A stretch of 64,000 nt of DNA from the NCBI GenBank assembly GCA_963848295.1, contig CAWKDB010000011.1:1-64000 (forward strand), read 5' to 3'. The position numbers and the translations under genes were made by a program. The DNA is from an uncultured delta proteobacterium. Lineage in GTDB: Bacteria > Myxococcota_A > Polyangia > Haliangiales > Haliangiaceae. The notes under the pieces were generated by a model. That model was not told where the DNA came from, ran no database searches, and saw only the letters and a program-made list of their open reading frames with translations. This document shows, in pieces, positions 11,305 to 29,420 of this stretch (within the stretch, counting starts at the first letter, position 1; each line of letters starts with the position of its first letter).

Positions 11305-12845
11305 AGCCGCGCGTCCTCGACCGTCGCGCGTTACTCGCAGCCGAGCGCGGCACGCTCTATAAGGAAGCCGAGACGCGTATCGCGTTGGTCTATCCGAGCC
11401 CGTATCGGGCCGCGATGTCGTCGCTCGGTTATCAGCAGATCTACCGCGCGCTCCACGCGATGCCCGGCGTCGCCGCCGATCGCGCGATGCTCGACGAGTC
11501 GCCCGAACCGTGGCTGACGCTCGAGACCGGCCGGCCGATCGGCAGCTATCCGATGCTCGCGTACTCGGTCGCGTACGAGCTCGAGATCGCCGGGGTCGTG
11601 GCGACGCTCGAGCGCGCGAACATTCCGGTGCTCCGCGACGACCGCGACGATCGCCATCCGCTCGTGATCGCCGGTGGGCCGCTGACGTTCAGCAATCCGG
11701 CGCCGCTCGCGCCGCTGTGCGACGTGATCATCGTCGGCGAAGGCGAGCAGCTGATCGTCGAGCTCGTCGAGCTCGCGCGCGAGGTCGGCTTCGTGCGCGA
11801 TCGGTTATGGACCGCGCTCGCCGGCAAGCCGGGCTACTACTTGCCGCACGTCCACGGCGAGACCGTGCCGCCGGTCGCCGCCGCGGATGATGCGCTACTC
11901 CCTGCGCGCTCGGTGATCGCGACGCCCCACACCGAGCTCGCCGACATGTTCATGACCGAAGCGGCGCGCGGTTGCTCGCGCGGTTGCACCTACTGCGTGA
12001 TGCGGCGCTCGACCAACGGCGGCATGCGCATCGTGCCGCGCGCCGACATCATCGCCGGCATCCCGGCGGGCGCGCGCAAGGTCGGGCTCGTCGGCGCCGC
12101 GGTCACCGATCACCCCGACATCATCGGCATCGTCCGTGCAGTGGTCGACAAGGGCTTGCAGGTCGGCATCTCGTCGCTGCGCGCCGACAAGCTCAGCGAC
12201 GAGCTCGTCGGGTTGCTCGCCCGCGGCGGCTATCGCACGCTGACCGTCGCCGGCGATGGCGCGAGCGAGCGGATGCGCCGCGTGATCGAGCGCTCGACGC
12301 GCGCCGATCACTTGATTCGCTCGGCCGAGCTCGCCGCCGCGCATCGTCTGCACGCGCTCAAGGTCTACATGATGCTCGGCGTGCCGACCGAGACCGACGC
12401 CGACGTCGACGAGCTCGTGCACTTGTCGAAGCAGCTCGCCGCGATCCATCCGAAGGTCGCGTTCGGGTTGGCGCCGTTCGTCGCGAAGCGCAACACGCCG
12501 CTCGACGGCACCGCGTTCGCCGGCATCGAGATCGTCGAGGATCGGCTCGCGCGGTTGCGCGCCGGCCTGGCCGCGGCGGGGCTCGGCGGCAAGGTCGAGG
12601 TTCGGCCGACGTCGGCGCGCTGGGCGTGGGTCGAGTACATGCTCGCGCAGGGCGAGACCCGCGCCGGGCTCGCCGTCGTCGACGCGTATCGCAACGGCGG
12701 GAGCTTCGCCGCGTACAAGAAGGCGTTCGCGGAGCACGACGTGACCCCGACCGGGCCGCGCGCACGCGTGCCTTCGAGCCAAGAGCTGATCGCGCTCAAC
12801 CGGCGGAAGCTGGCTTTGGCGTCCGGACCCGGCGCCACGTCCTGA
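11301..12845 (+). CDS. radical SAM protein with B12-binding-like N-terminal domain
   Basis: RGCSRGCTYC (CxxxCxxC), MSSLGYQ, IAGGP, VGEGE. Confidence 0.85.
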   Translation: MKPRVLDRRALLAAERGTLYKEAETRIALVYPSPYRAAMSSLGYQQIYRALHAMPGVAADRAMLDESPEPWLTLETGRPIGSYPMLAYSVAYELEIAGVVATLERANIPVLRDDRDDRHPLVIAGGPLTFSNPAPLAPLCDVIIVGEGEQLIVELVELAREVGFVRDRLWTALAGKPGYYLPHVHGETVPPVAAADDALLPARSVIATPHTELADMFMTEAARGCSRGCTYCVMRRSTNGGMRIVPRADIIAGIPAGARKVGLVGAAVTDHPDIIGIVRAVVDKGLQVGISSLRADKLSDELVGLLARGGYRTLTVAGDGASERMRRVIERSTRADHLIRSAELAAAHRLHALKVYMMLGVPTETDADVDELVHLSKQLAAIHPKVAFGLAPFVAKRNTPLDGTAFAGIEIVEDRLARLRAGLAAAGLGGKVEVRPTSARWAWVEYMLAQGETRAGLAVVDAYRNGGSFAAYKKAFAEHDVTPTGPRARVPSSQELIALNRRKLALASGPGATS

Positions 12846-14841
12846 GCAGCGGTCGCGACACCGGCCCGAGCCGCAACATCTCGGGCACGCCGTTACCGTC
12901 GACGACGACCCGCCCTGCCCACGCCCCTTTGTCGATCGACAACCGGAGCTGATACGCGCGCTCGGTGTCGCTCGGATCGTCGAGCCTCGTCACGGTCAGC
13001 GAGCCGTGGAGCAAGACCTCGGGTGCGTCGGGATCGGGCTCCGCGATCGAGAGCACGAGCTTCTCGCCGGCATCGAGCGTGAGCGGTGCGACGATCCACA
13101 TCGCGGTCGCCGGCGTGATCGCACCGACGAGCAGCTCGTGCTTGCCCGCATACGCGACGTGGCTCGTGCCCTCCGGTCGCGTGAAGTCGAGCGCGATCGC
13201 GTGATGGCCGGGTGTCAGGGTCGTCCGCGTCGTCACCGCATCGTCCTCGGCGGTCTCCTGCTCGATCAGCCCGCCCGGCAGCCTCGCCATCGCGTACGCG
13301 CCGATCACGACGGTGTTATCGCCGACTTCGTAGTGGACGACGCGTCCCCCCGCGGCGAGCTCGCCGAGATCGATCGGCTGCAAGTACGGCGGCGCGGTGT
13401 AGAGCGCGACGAGCTCGTCGTGGATCGCGCGCAGCCGATCTTCCCCGAGCCACTCGCCGTGGACCATCACGCCGTCGATCTTGTCGAGCGCGCGCAGATC
13501 CGCGAGCGGATCGCCGCCGAGCAGCACGAGATCGGCGTGGGCGCCGACCGCGATCCGGCCGTCGTGCGGATCGCCCAGAAAATCGCCGGCGTCGATCGTC
13601 GCGGCGCGCAGCGCCTCGTACGGTGACAGCCCGGCTTGCCCGAATAGCTCGAGCTCGCGATGCAGGCTCTGTCCCGGCACGACGTACGGATTCGGCGTAT
13701 CGGTGCCGGCGAGCAACGGCGCACCGGCGGCGGACAGCTCGCGAACGAGCGCGAGCTCGGTATCGAGTTGCGGACCGTGCGCGACCTCGGCCGCGGCGCG
13801 GACTCGGGCGAGCACGTGGCGCGGCGACTTCTTCGGATCCCAGCGCGCGCGCCAATCGGGCGAGATGTCGTCGAGCTCGGTCTCGGGCACGTGACCGCGC
13901 CACAGCTCGCTGTAAGTCACCGCGGTCACGAGCGTCGGACAGTTCCACGTCCCCGCGCGCGCGGTCGCGGCGGCGACGTCGGCGAGCTTGTCGGGGTCGG
14001 CGAACATCCACCGCTTGATGTTGCTCGTCGTGTCGTGGCGGTGGCGCAGCGGCGAATCGTCGCGCTCGATCGCCTCGGCGTAGCCCATCAAGTGCTCGAT
14101 CGACGCTTGCCCGGACGCCAGCACGCGGTCGAGCCCGACCGCAAACGGCACGTGGCCGACGAGCCGCAGGTGATGGACCGCGGCGGACGCGACGATCGCG
14201 TCGTACGCCTCGCGCGACAGCCCGTTGTAGATCTTCAGGAAGTCGTAGCCGCCCGCCGCCAGCTCGCTGACCACCGCTTCGGCCTCGGCCGCGTTCGTGA
14301 CCGAGAGCGAGGCTTCCCAGTGCGGCCGCGCGCCGTCGACGAACGGCCCGGTGGTGTAGATCGTCGGGCCGAGCAGCTCGCCGCGCCGGATCTTGTCGCG
14401 GGTCGCGAGTACGCGCGCGTTGCCGGCCATGTTGCGCACCGTCGTCACGCCGGCGGTGACGAACAGCTCGAGCATGCTGCGCGTACCGTCGAGGTGAACG
14501 TGCATGTCGTGCAGGCCTGGGATGAGATACTTGCCGCGGCCGTCGATCGTCTTCGCACCGACCGGCACGGTCACTTGATCGACGGGGCCAAGCGCGACGA
14601 CCGAGCCGTGATCGATGACGACGGTCTGATGCGCGGCGAGCGTCGGTGACTCCATCGTCGCGACCGACACGTCGACGAACGCGACCGCGCCCGACCCCGC
14701 GGCGTCGTATCCGGGACCCGGACGAGCCACCGCGGGCGGACTATCGACCGCGCTCGATCCGTCGACCGCGCCTTGGCCGCACGCAGTCACCGCCGCCGCC
14801 GCGACGCTCATCAGCCCGCGCGCGAGGCAACAGCGGTCCAC
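12796..14841 (-). CDS. amidohydrolase family protein (probable lipoprotein)
   Basis: PGLHDMHVH, GVTTVR, SIEH, AGTD, GAHADLVLL; start at 14841 or 14811. Confidence 0.85.
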   Translation of the reverse strand: MDRCCLARGLMSVAAAAVTACGQGAVDGSSAVDSPPAVARPGPGYDAAGSGAVAFVDVSVATMESPTLAAHQTVVIDHGSVVALGPVDQVTVPVGAKTIDGRGKYLIPGLHDMHVHLDGTRSMLELFVTAGVTTVRNMAGNARVLATRDKIRRGELLGPTIYTTGPFVDGARPHWEASLSVTNAAEAEAVVSELAAGGYDFLKIYNGLSREAYDAIVASAAVHHLRLVGHVPFAVGLDRVLASGQASIEHLMGYAEAIERDDSPLRHRHDTTSNIKRWMFADPDKLADVAAATARAGTWNCPTLVTAVTYSELWRGHVPETELDDISPDWRARWDPKKSPRHVLARVRAAAEVAHGPQLDTELALVRELSAAGAPLLAGTDTPNPYVVPGQSLHRELELFGQAGLSPYEALRAATIDAGDFLGDPHDGRIAVGAHADLVLLGGDPLADLRALDKIDGVMVHGEWLGEDRLRAIHDELVALYTAPPYLQPIDLGELAAGGRVVHYEVGDNTVVIGAYAMARLPGGLIEQETAEDDAVTTRTTLTPGHHAIALDFTRPEGTSHVAYAGKHELLVGAITPATAMWIVAPLTLDAGEKLVLSIAEPDPDAPEVLLHGSLTVTRLDDPSDTERAYQLRLSIDKGAWAGRVVVDGNGVPEMLRLGPVSRPLLRTWRRVRTPKPASAG

Positions 14842-14842
14842 C

Positions 14843-16462
14843 TTAGGGAGTGTAGACGCTGGGTGACGGCCAGTCGAATTCCGCGAGCACCTCGGCCAAG
14901 AAGTCGCTGTGCAGGTCGGTCGGCGGCAGCCATTCCTCCTCGGAATCGCGGGTCCACCACGTGGCGGAGCCGAGGGGCTCGAGGTGGTACACGAACCGCC
15001 GGATCCGGATCCACGCCGGCCGCTTGCCGTGGAACGGATCGACCGCAAACAACTTGCGAACCTCGCGATCACCGTCGAGCAGCTTGTAGACGAGGTGAAA
15101 CACCCACGGGTACGCCTGCCACGCCCGTTCGCGTGACTCCGGCATCGCCGCGAACCACATCAACCAATCGAGCCGGCGGTGGTACGGACCGAGGATGCAC
15201 GGTCGCCGCGCCACGTCGCCGGGATAGCAAGGCAGCTCGTAGGCGTGCCAGGTCGCGGTGGTCGGGTCCGCGTCCAGCGTGCCCTCGATCACCAGCTCGT
15301 GACGCACCATGTCGACCGAGCCGAACGCGCCGTAGGTGTTGACGAGCTCGAGCCGGTCGTACGAGCGGTTCATCGCCTGGTGGTGAGCGCACAGATTCTC
15401 GATCACCGGCACGCTCTTGTACGCGATGATCGCGGCGAGGCACGCGACCCAGATGCGATGCCCGCGACGAGCCGGACGATCATGCAGCAACGACCGCAGC
15501 CAGCCGCGGACCCGACGCGGGATGATCGCGAGCAGCGCGTCGTCATCGAAGCACGCGAGGATCGGCACGAGCGTGAGCCAGTTGAGGAACGCGAGGTTGC
15601 CGCTCGCGATCAGGGTCAGCTGAAATGCCGCCATCGCCGCCGCCGCGATGATCCGGATGCGCCGCGGCCCGAACAGGCAGAACGGGCCGGCGAGCTCGAC
15701 CACGTGATTGAACACGACGCCGAGCGCGTGCACCGCGTGCGGCAGGTGATGGAACACCGCGGACAACGGATTCGGGCTCGGCTGGGTCTCGAAGTGCGCG
15801 TCGAGGCACGTCAGATCGGTCCAGCACGCCGAGCCGCGCAGCTTGATCAGGCCGGCGCCGAGCATGATCCGGAACGTCAGCCAGCGCAGCAGCACGAGCG
15901 CGGTCACCGGCGGCGCGCGCGCGGCGAGCGGGCGCGGATCCCACGGGTGGGCGAGCGCGGCGACGAGCACGGTCGTCTCGAGGAGCTGGATCTCCCAGCC
16001 GAACGCGAACCAGGTCTGCCCCACTCGCTCGAACGAGCCATAGATCGCCCACAGCACGAGCAGCATCGGAAGATTGGCGTAGCCGAGCAGCACCGCGATC
16101 GCGATCGCGAGCCCGATGTACGTCCACGCCAGGATCGCGGTGTCCGACGCGTTCCACATGAACACGCTCGGCACGTCCCAGAACGTCGCGCCCGAAGCGT
16201 GCAGCCGATCGACGTACGTGCCGATCGGCGTGAGGCCGTGCTCGCCGAGCAGCGGCAGCGCTTGATACACCAGGCCCAAGAACGCGAACGCGTAGACCAC
16301 GCCGAGCAAGCGCGTGACGATCCAGCGCGTCAACCGGTAGTCGCGCGTGGGCCCGGCCCAGCGCACGACCACCGCGCCGATCGCGCGCGCGATGCGAACC
16401 GGTCGCCACCCGGCGAACCGCGCCCACGGCGTGGGCACGCGAACATCGGGGACGTCGGTCAC
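14843..16462 (-). CDS. lipase maturation factor family membrane protein
   Basis: FGWEIQLLET, FRIMLGAGLIK, HFETQP, SGNLAFLNWLT, NTYGAFG, PYHRRLDWLMWFAA. Confidence 0.88.
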   Translation of the reverse strand: MTDVPDVRVPTPWARFAGWRPVRIARAIGAVVVRWAGPTRDYRLTRWIVTRLLGVVYAFAFLGLVYQALPLLGEHGLTPIGTYVDRLHASGATFWDVPSVFMWNASDTAILAWTYIGLAIAIAVLLGYANLPMLLVLWAIYGSFERVGQTWFAFGWEIQLLETTVLVAALAHPWDPRPLAARAPPVTALVLLRWLTFRIMLGAGLIKLRGSACWTDLTCLDAHFETQPSPNPLSAVFHHLPHAVHALGVVFNHVVELAGPFCLFGPRRIRIIAAAAMAAFQLTLIASGNLAFLNWLTLVPILACFDDDALLAIIPRRVRGWLRSLLHDRPARRGHRIWVACLAAIIAYKSVPVIENLCAHHQAMNRSYDRLELVNTYGAFGSVDMVRHELVIEGTLDADPTTATWHAYELPCYPGDVARRPCILGPYHRRLDWLMWFAAMPESRERAWQAYPWVFHLVYKLLDGDREVRKLFAVDPFHGKRPAWIRIRRFVYHLEPLGSATWWTRDSEEEWLPPTDLHSDFLAEVLAEFDWPSPSVYTP

Positions 16463-16480
16463 CGCGCTAGTGTAGGACCA

Positions 16481-16704
16481 TCAGCCGAGCGTGTCGCCCA
16501 GGCCCTCGGCGAGCTCGTCGGCGCGATAGCCCCGCGACATCTTCCTGCCGCCCTGGACGAGATAGAAGTAGTGACAGCGATCGCGCTCGCTCCACACGAC
16601 GTGCTCGACCGTCGCATGGTCGCCGGCCCAGTGCCCGGTGAGCACGGTCACCGTCTCGCCCGTCGCGAACCGCGAGCTCCGCGACATCGCGCCGCCCATC
16701 GCGC

Positions 16705-16708
<4 letters not shown>
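16481..16708 (-). CDS. small hypothetical protein (SH3/KOW-like beta pattern)
   Basis: ATGA overlap with the upstream epimerase; [16 protein letters not shown] pattern. Confidence 0.5.
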
Positions 16709-23993
<7,285 letters not shown>

Positions 23994-23994
<1 letters not shown>

Positions 23995-24752
23995 CAAGTT
24001 CTCCGAATCGATCGGGGCGGGCGAGCCAACCCCTGCGGGCGACGTGCGGCGGAGCGAGCCGGGGCTTCGTCGAGGTCGAGCACCGGCCAGTCGTAGCTGC
24101 GTGCGAGCGAGCGCAGCCTGAAGTCGGGATTGCACACGGTCGGATGGCCGACCACGGCGAGCATCGGGTAGTCCGAGAAGCTATCGGTGTACGCCCACGA
24201 CTCGCCGAGATCGATCGCATGCTGCTTCGCGTACGCGCGCATGATGTCGGCCTTGGTCGCGCCGGCGACGAACGGCTTCTTGAGCTTGCCGGTCGCGTAG
24301 TGGTCGACGAACTCCAAGCTATTCGCGATCAGATCGTCGGCACCGAGGTAACGCGCTAACGGCCGCATCGTGAAGTCGAGCGCGCCGGAGATCAAGACTT
24401 GCCGAACGCCGGCGCGCCGGCTCTCCGCGATCAGCTCCTTCGCGCGCGGGTAGATGTTCGGCAGGATCACGTCCTCGAACAGCTCCTCGGCGAGCACGAC
24501 GAGCCGATCCTCGCTCTGGCCCTGGTACGAGCGATAGAACAACTCGTTGAACCATTTGCGCGACAGCTTGTCGGCGGCCCAGAACAACGGCAGCGACGCC
24601 GCGGTCTGCACCGTGCGCAACGCGCTCTCTTTGAGCGACGCGTGGCGCGCTGCATAGAACGCGAACGCGTGCACGATGTTGATCTTGATGAGCGTCCCGT
24701 CGACGTCGTAAAACGCCGCGGAATTGTTGTACTTAGCCTGGGCCCGGCTCAT
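23994..24752 (-). CDS. HAD-IB phosphatase (ElbB-like)
   Basis: [27 protein letters not shown]. Confidence 0.85.
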
Positions 24753-24811
24753 CGGGAGTCGGGCGACTCTGGCCCAGGCGTGGAGGGGTGTCAACGTGGT
24801 AAGCACCCGGC

Positions 24812-25057
24812 GTGAGAATCCCGCCCTGGCTCACGATCCTGATCGCCGTCGTCGTGCTCGGCTTCGGCGCGTTTCGCATTTCGCTCGCGGTGCGCAAACG
24901 CGTTCCCGGCGAAGAAGGCGTAGCACCTCGCGGCGGTCTGTTCGGCAGCGGCCTGTACCGGATGAACCCGCGCACCCACCTGCTGGTCGGCGTCGTGTAC
25001 TTGATCCTCGGCATCGCGCTGGTCGCGACGACGTTCGGGTTCAACCCCTTCGGCTAG
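24812..25057 (+). CDS. small two-TM membrane protein
   Basis: Two hydrophobic helices; fills the intergenic gap. Confidence 0.6.
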   Translation: MRIPPWLTILIAVVVLGFGAFRISLAVRKRVPGEEGVAPRGGLFGSGLYRMNPRTHLLVGVVYLILGIALVATTFGFNPFG

Positions 25058-25093
25058 CGTCCGGTCACCGGCGTTAGGCCGATAGCACCCTCG

Positions 25094-26689
25094 TTAGAGG
25101 ATCTGCAGGCGGCGGCTGGTCTCGGCGTGCTCGCCGATATATTCGAGCACGTGCGGGTGGGTCATGATCACTTCGCGGAACACCGCGGCCGGTAAGCACA
25201 GTGCCAGGCTCTTGCCGCGCGCGACGACGTCGCTCTTGAACACGCCGCCCGAGAGCAGCGCGGTCTCGCCGATCAGCTCACCGGGGCCGAGCTGCGCGAC
25301 CGGCGCACCGGCGCGGCGGACCTCGAAGGTGCCCGCGAGCACGATGTACAACCCGTCGGGTTTATGGCCCGCGTCGATCAGCTTCGTGTTCGCTTCGATC
25401 TCGAGGAACTTGAAGCGCGAAGCGAGCTCGGCGCGTTCCTCGTCGCCGAACGGGCGAAACAGCGGGCTCGTGCGCGTCCAGCGATCGACGAGGCGGTCGC
25501 GGACGAACCGCAGCAGCGCGCTCAACACCTCGCCGTGGCTCGCCAGGACGGTCGATAGCGTCTGGCGGTCGATGCGCAACAGCTCGGTGTCGGTGACCGC
25601 GGAGACAGTCGCCGACCGCGGCTGATCGGTCATCAGCGCGACCTCGCCGATGAACGCGCTCGGCCCGAGCCGCGCCATCTCGACGCGCGGCGGCCCTTCG
25701 GCCAAGACCGCGACTTCACCCTCGACGACGACGTACAGCGCATCGCCTGGATCGCCCTCGTGGAACAGCACCTCGCCAGCCGGCAGCGGCACGAGCTCGA
25801 GCTCGGCGACGAGTGCTTCGAGCGCCTCGCTCGGCAGGCCCGCGAACAACGGGGTCGAGGCGAGCGCGCGTGCCGCGACCACGCCCATCGCGCGCGGCTC
25901 GGGGAGCGGAATCTCCTCGATGTCGTTGAGCTCGAGCTCGGTCGACTCGTCGACATCCTGAGGCTCCAGATCGATGACGTCGTCGGCCTCGTCGATCTCG
26001 ATGACCGGCACCGACGGGCGCACCGGCTCGTCTTCGAGCTCGAGCTCGGCGTCCAGCGGGATGACGTACACGCCGGGCTGGTTGTCGACCCGCAGCGCCG
26101 CGTTCGGCATCTCGCGCTTGAGGCTGACCGAGACGATGCCGGAGCCGGGCTCGAGCGAGATCGGCTTGCTCTTCGTGCGCGACATCGCAATCGGCGGCGC
26201 ACCGGTCGGAGGCGTGCGCGTGCGCGGGATGTTCTGCGGCGGATGCGTCGTCGGCTTCTTTGGCCGGATCGCCGGCACCGAGCCCGTGCCGCGCAGCGCC
26301 GCGACCGAGGCGTTCTCGGCGAGCGTCGGGTTGTTGTCGGCCATCGTCGACGCGCGGGTCGGCCCGGCGCCGATCTGCTCGTTCATCGACGACGTGCGAT
26401 GCAACGCGTCGGCGTTCCTCGGATCGATCTGGAGGATCAACTTGCACACCGCCATCGCCTGGACGAGAAAGCCGCCCGACGCGTAGCGATCCGCCGCCCG
26501 GGCGTACGCGGCGATCGCGTCCTTGTCCTTGCCGAGCTTGCGATAGATCTCGGCCGCGCGTTTCGACCACTGCGCGTCGCGCGGCTCGACGCGCTCGAGC
26601 TCGAGGTAAGCAGCAAGCGCGCGCTTGTGCTTGCCGGAGGCCGCAGCCTCCGCGGCTTCTTCGCGCAACTGGCGGAGGTCTCTCGCCAT
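25094..26689 (-). CDS. TPR protein with tandem cyclic-nucleotide-binding domains
   Basis: N-terminal TPR helices; LFHEGDPGDALYVV..GEVAL..PRSATV and a second GLYIVL..GETAL domain. Confidence 0.85.
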   Translation of the reverse strand: MARDLRQLREEAAEAAASGKHKRALAAYLELERVEPRDAQWSKRAAEIYRKLGKDKDAIAAYARAADRYASGGFLVQAMAVCKLILQIDPRNADALHRTSSMNEQIGAGPTRASTMADNNPTLAENASVAALRGTGSVPAIRPKKPTTHPPQNIPRTRTPPTGAPPIAMSRTKSKPISLEPGSGIVSVSLKREMPNAALRVDNQPGVYVIPLDAELELEDEPVRPSVPVIEIDEADDVIDLEPQDVDESTELELNDIEEIPLPEPRAMGVVAARALASTPLFAGLPSEALEALVAELELVPLPAGEVLFHEGDPGDALYVVVEGEVAVLAEGPPRVEMARLGPSAFIGEVALMTDQPRSATVSAVTDTELLRIDRQTLSTVLASHGEVLSALLRFVRDRLVDRWTRTSPLFRPFGDEERAELASRFKFLEIEANTKLIDAGHKPDGLYIVLAGTFEVRRAGAPVAQLGPGELIGETALLSGGVFKSDVVARGKSLALCLPAAVFREVIMTHPHVLEYIGEHAETSRRLQIL

Positions 26690-26700
26690 CCAGTGAGCGA

Positions 26701-27567
26701 CTATAGCAGCCCGGGCGCGCCGAACGCCCCCATGAGCTGGACGTAACGCTCTGCAATTCGTGTCGTGACCGGCCCGACCGGAAGCCCCCGCTCGTCCAGA
26801 CGGGTTACCCCGACGACACCTCGCAGCGCGCTGGTGACGAAGATCTCGTCGGCCGCGAGCACCTCGCTCACGGTGACAAGCCGCTGTGCGACGACGAGCG
26901 CGAGGTCGGCGGCACACTCGAGCGCGCGGCCACGGGTCACCCCAGGCAGCGCGCCGTCGACGAGCCCGGGCGTCGCCAGCTCGCCGCGACCGACGATGAA
27001 CACGTTGCACGTCGCGCCCTCGACGACCGTGCCGTCGGCGCCGAGCCGCAGCGCCTCGTCGACGCCAGCCGCCGCCGCGAGCTCGTGCGCGACGAGGTGG
27101 TCGAGATAGGCGAGCGTCTTGTGGCCGGCGCCCGGCCGGCGCGGCAAAGGCCAGTCGACGATCGCGGCGGAGATCGCTCGCGGTTGCGGCGGGAGCGGCT
27201 CCACGATCACGATCGCTCGCCCGGGCCCGAGCTCGGCGAAGCGAGCCGCGAGCCCGCCCTCGCCTCGCGTCGCGATGACGCGGATCCGGTGCTCGCCGGC
27301 GCCGGCGGCCACGAGCGCAGCGCCGACCGAGGACCGCAACGTCGCACGCGGCACCACGCGCAGCTCGAGCGCGCGCGCCGAGGCGTACAGACGATCGAGG
27401 TGGCGATCGAGGTCGATCGGAACGCCATGCCAGGTCCGCAGCACCTCGAACACGCCGTCGCCGTACAGCACCCCGCGATCGAGCACCGAGATCACGGCGC
27501 GCTCGGCCGGAACGATGACGCCGTCGATCGAGATGACCACGCGGAGATCGTGCACGTGCGCGTGCAC
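26701..27567 (-). CDS. class IV aminotransferase / 4-amino-4-deoxychorismate lyase family
   Basis: DRGVLYGDGVFE, HLDRL, HKTLAYL, EGATCNVF, LPGVTR; start approximate. Confidence 0.85.
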   Translation of the reverse strand: MHAHVHDLRVVISIDGVIVPAERAVISVLDRGVLYGDGVFEVLRTWHGVPIDLDRHLDRLYASARALELRVVPRATLRSSVGAALVAAGAGEHRIRVIATRGEGGLAARFAELGPGRAIVIVEPLPPQPRAISAAIVDWPLPRRPGAGHKTLAYLDHLVAHELAAAAGVDEALRLGADGTVVEGATCNVFIVGRGELATPGLVDGALPGVTRGRALECAADLALVVAQRLVTVSEVLAADEIFVTSALRGVVGVTRLDERGLPVGPVTTRIAERYVQLMGAFGAPGLL

Positions 27568-27590
27568 GTGTCACGTCCACGTGGACGATT

Positions 27591-28569
27591 TCAGGGCGCG
27601 CCGCCGTTGGTCGCGCTCAGCACGTCGAGCGCTGCGCGCAGGTCGATCGCCGCCGCTCGCCGCCACGGCTCGCCGCCATCGACCTCGTCATCGCTCTGCG
27701 CTGCGCGATACGCGGCGACCGCCTTCTTCAAGTTCTCGATCGTCCGGCTGCTCAACGTTCGACGCAACACGGCGGCGGCCGACGGATCGAGCTCGGGCGG
27801 CAGATCGAACACTAGGCCGAGCGCGAGGTCGTGATAGAGGCTGCCGATCCGATAATCGGCCGCGAGCTTCGCGAGCCCGCCGGCCGCGGCGACGACGCGA
27901 TACTTCGCCACCGCGTCCTCGGTGGCATCTTGTTTCGCGCGGACCGACGACGACAGCGTGAACAGGAACGGTCGCGGATGCATGCGATGGACCGCTTCGA
28001 GCGCGGCTTCGGCCGTGCGAAACGCGATGGCCGTCTTCGCATCGACGGCCGCGAGCACCGCGCGAGCTTCGACGCCCCCGACGCTGGGCCCGCGGATGTC
28101 GTTCGCCCCGCGCAGACCGAGCTCGACTTGCGCCGCGCCCTCGGCGATCTCGAGGTCGGTCGGGGCGAGCGACGTCGCGCGTGCGATCGAGATCGCGCGC
28201 GCGTCCGCTCTTGCCGGTGCGGGCCTCGAGCTGCGCGAGGTGGAGCGCGGCGCGCGCTGCGACGGGAGCCGGGACGTTCGAGCCCGCGAGCACCGCGTCG
28301 AACGCGAGCCGTGCGTCGCCGTCGCGGCCGGCGAGCTCGGCGATCAGCCCCTCGCCGAATCGCGGCGCGGCGGTGTCGAGCTCGGTCGTGACGCCGGCGG
28401 CCGGATCGGCTGCAACGCGGCTCGCGGCCACCGGCGTGGTCGCCGGCGGAGGTGGCTTCGCCTCGTCGCCGCAGCCCAGCACGAACGCGAGCGCGACCAG
28501 GCAACTCGGCTTGGCGCCGGCACCCGAGCTGATCCCACCGGATAAGTGGAGCTCTGATGCCGGCGCCAT
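27591..28569 (-). CDS. TPR-like lipoprotein, frameshifted (near 28185 and 28065)
   Basis: Lipobox VLGC; the Ala-rich helical reading continues across three frames; start uncertain. Confidence 0.45.
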
Positions 28570-28685
28570 CGCCTCGCCCACATCATTGGTATCAACTCCG
28601 CGGTGCGCGCGCGTCTTCTGTTCGCTGCGCGCCGTCACGCTCTCGCAAAACGTTGTCACGATCTTGTCATCGGCGCTCGTGAGCG

Positions 28686-29420
28686 TCATCGCGGGGCGCC
28701 GGGATCGCGCCAGCGCACCGCGTCCTTCGCGACATCGAGCTTGTAGCCGGCGCCGTGGACCGTGATCAGCCAGCGCGGCCGGTCGGGCTCGGCCTCGAGC
28801 GCCTTGCGCAGCTTCACGAGGTGGTTGTCGACGGTGCGCGTGTTCGGATAGTCCTCGTAGCCCCAGGCCTCGTCGAGCAGCGTGTCGCGGCTGACGACCT
28901 CACCGGTACGCTTCGCGAACACCTTCAGGATCGCGAACGCGCGGCTCGGCAGCTCGAGCCGCTTGCCGGCGCGGGTCGCGACTTGGCCGACGAGGTCGAT
29001 CGCGATGTCGCCGAGCTGGAGCGCGACCGGCTCGGCGGCCTGTTCGCCTTGAGCGCGGCGCAGCACCGACGCCACGCGCGCGAGCAGCTCCATCAACGAG
29101 AACGGCTTGGTGACGTAGTCGTCGGCGCCGAGCTCGAGCCCGCGCACGCGATCGAGCTCCGCGCCCCGCGCCGACAGAAAGATCACCGGTACGCGCCGCG
29201 CCGACCCCTTCGCCGCGCGGATCCGCCGGCACACCTCGAAGCCGTCGAGGTCGGGCAGCATCACGTCGAGCACGACCAGATCGTAGCGTCCGGTCGCCGC
29301 GCGCTCGGCGCCATCCGCGCCCTTGCCGACGACGTCGACCTCGTAGCCCTTCGCGATCAACGTGTCCTCGAGGCCCATCCGGATCGACGGATCGTCTTCG
29401 ACGACGAGGATCCGGGTCAT
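28686..29420 (-). CDS. OmpR-family response regulator
   Basis: ILVVEDD, LDVMLP, GADDYVTKPF, RTVDNHL, TVHGAGY. Confidence 0.92.
   Translation of the reverse strand: MTRILVVEDDPSIRMGLEDTLIAKGYEVDVVGKGADGAERAATGRYDLVVLDVMLPDLDGFEVCRRIRAAKGSARRVPVIFLSARGAELDRVRGLELGADDYVTKPFSLMELLARVASVLRRAQGEQAAEPVALQLGDIAIDLVGQVATRAGKRLELPSRAFAILKVFAKRTGEVVSRDTLLDEAWGYEDYPNTRTVDNHLVKLRKALEAEPDRPRWLITVHGAGYKLDVAKDAVRWRDPGAPR

Noticed and set aside
27549..27587. CGTGCACGTG repeats and the 14-bp palindrome CGTCCACGTGGACG
   Set aside because: A single short low-complexity patch between genes; no second copy was noticed and no function can be supported.
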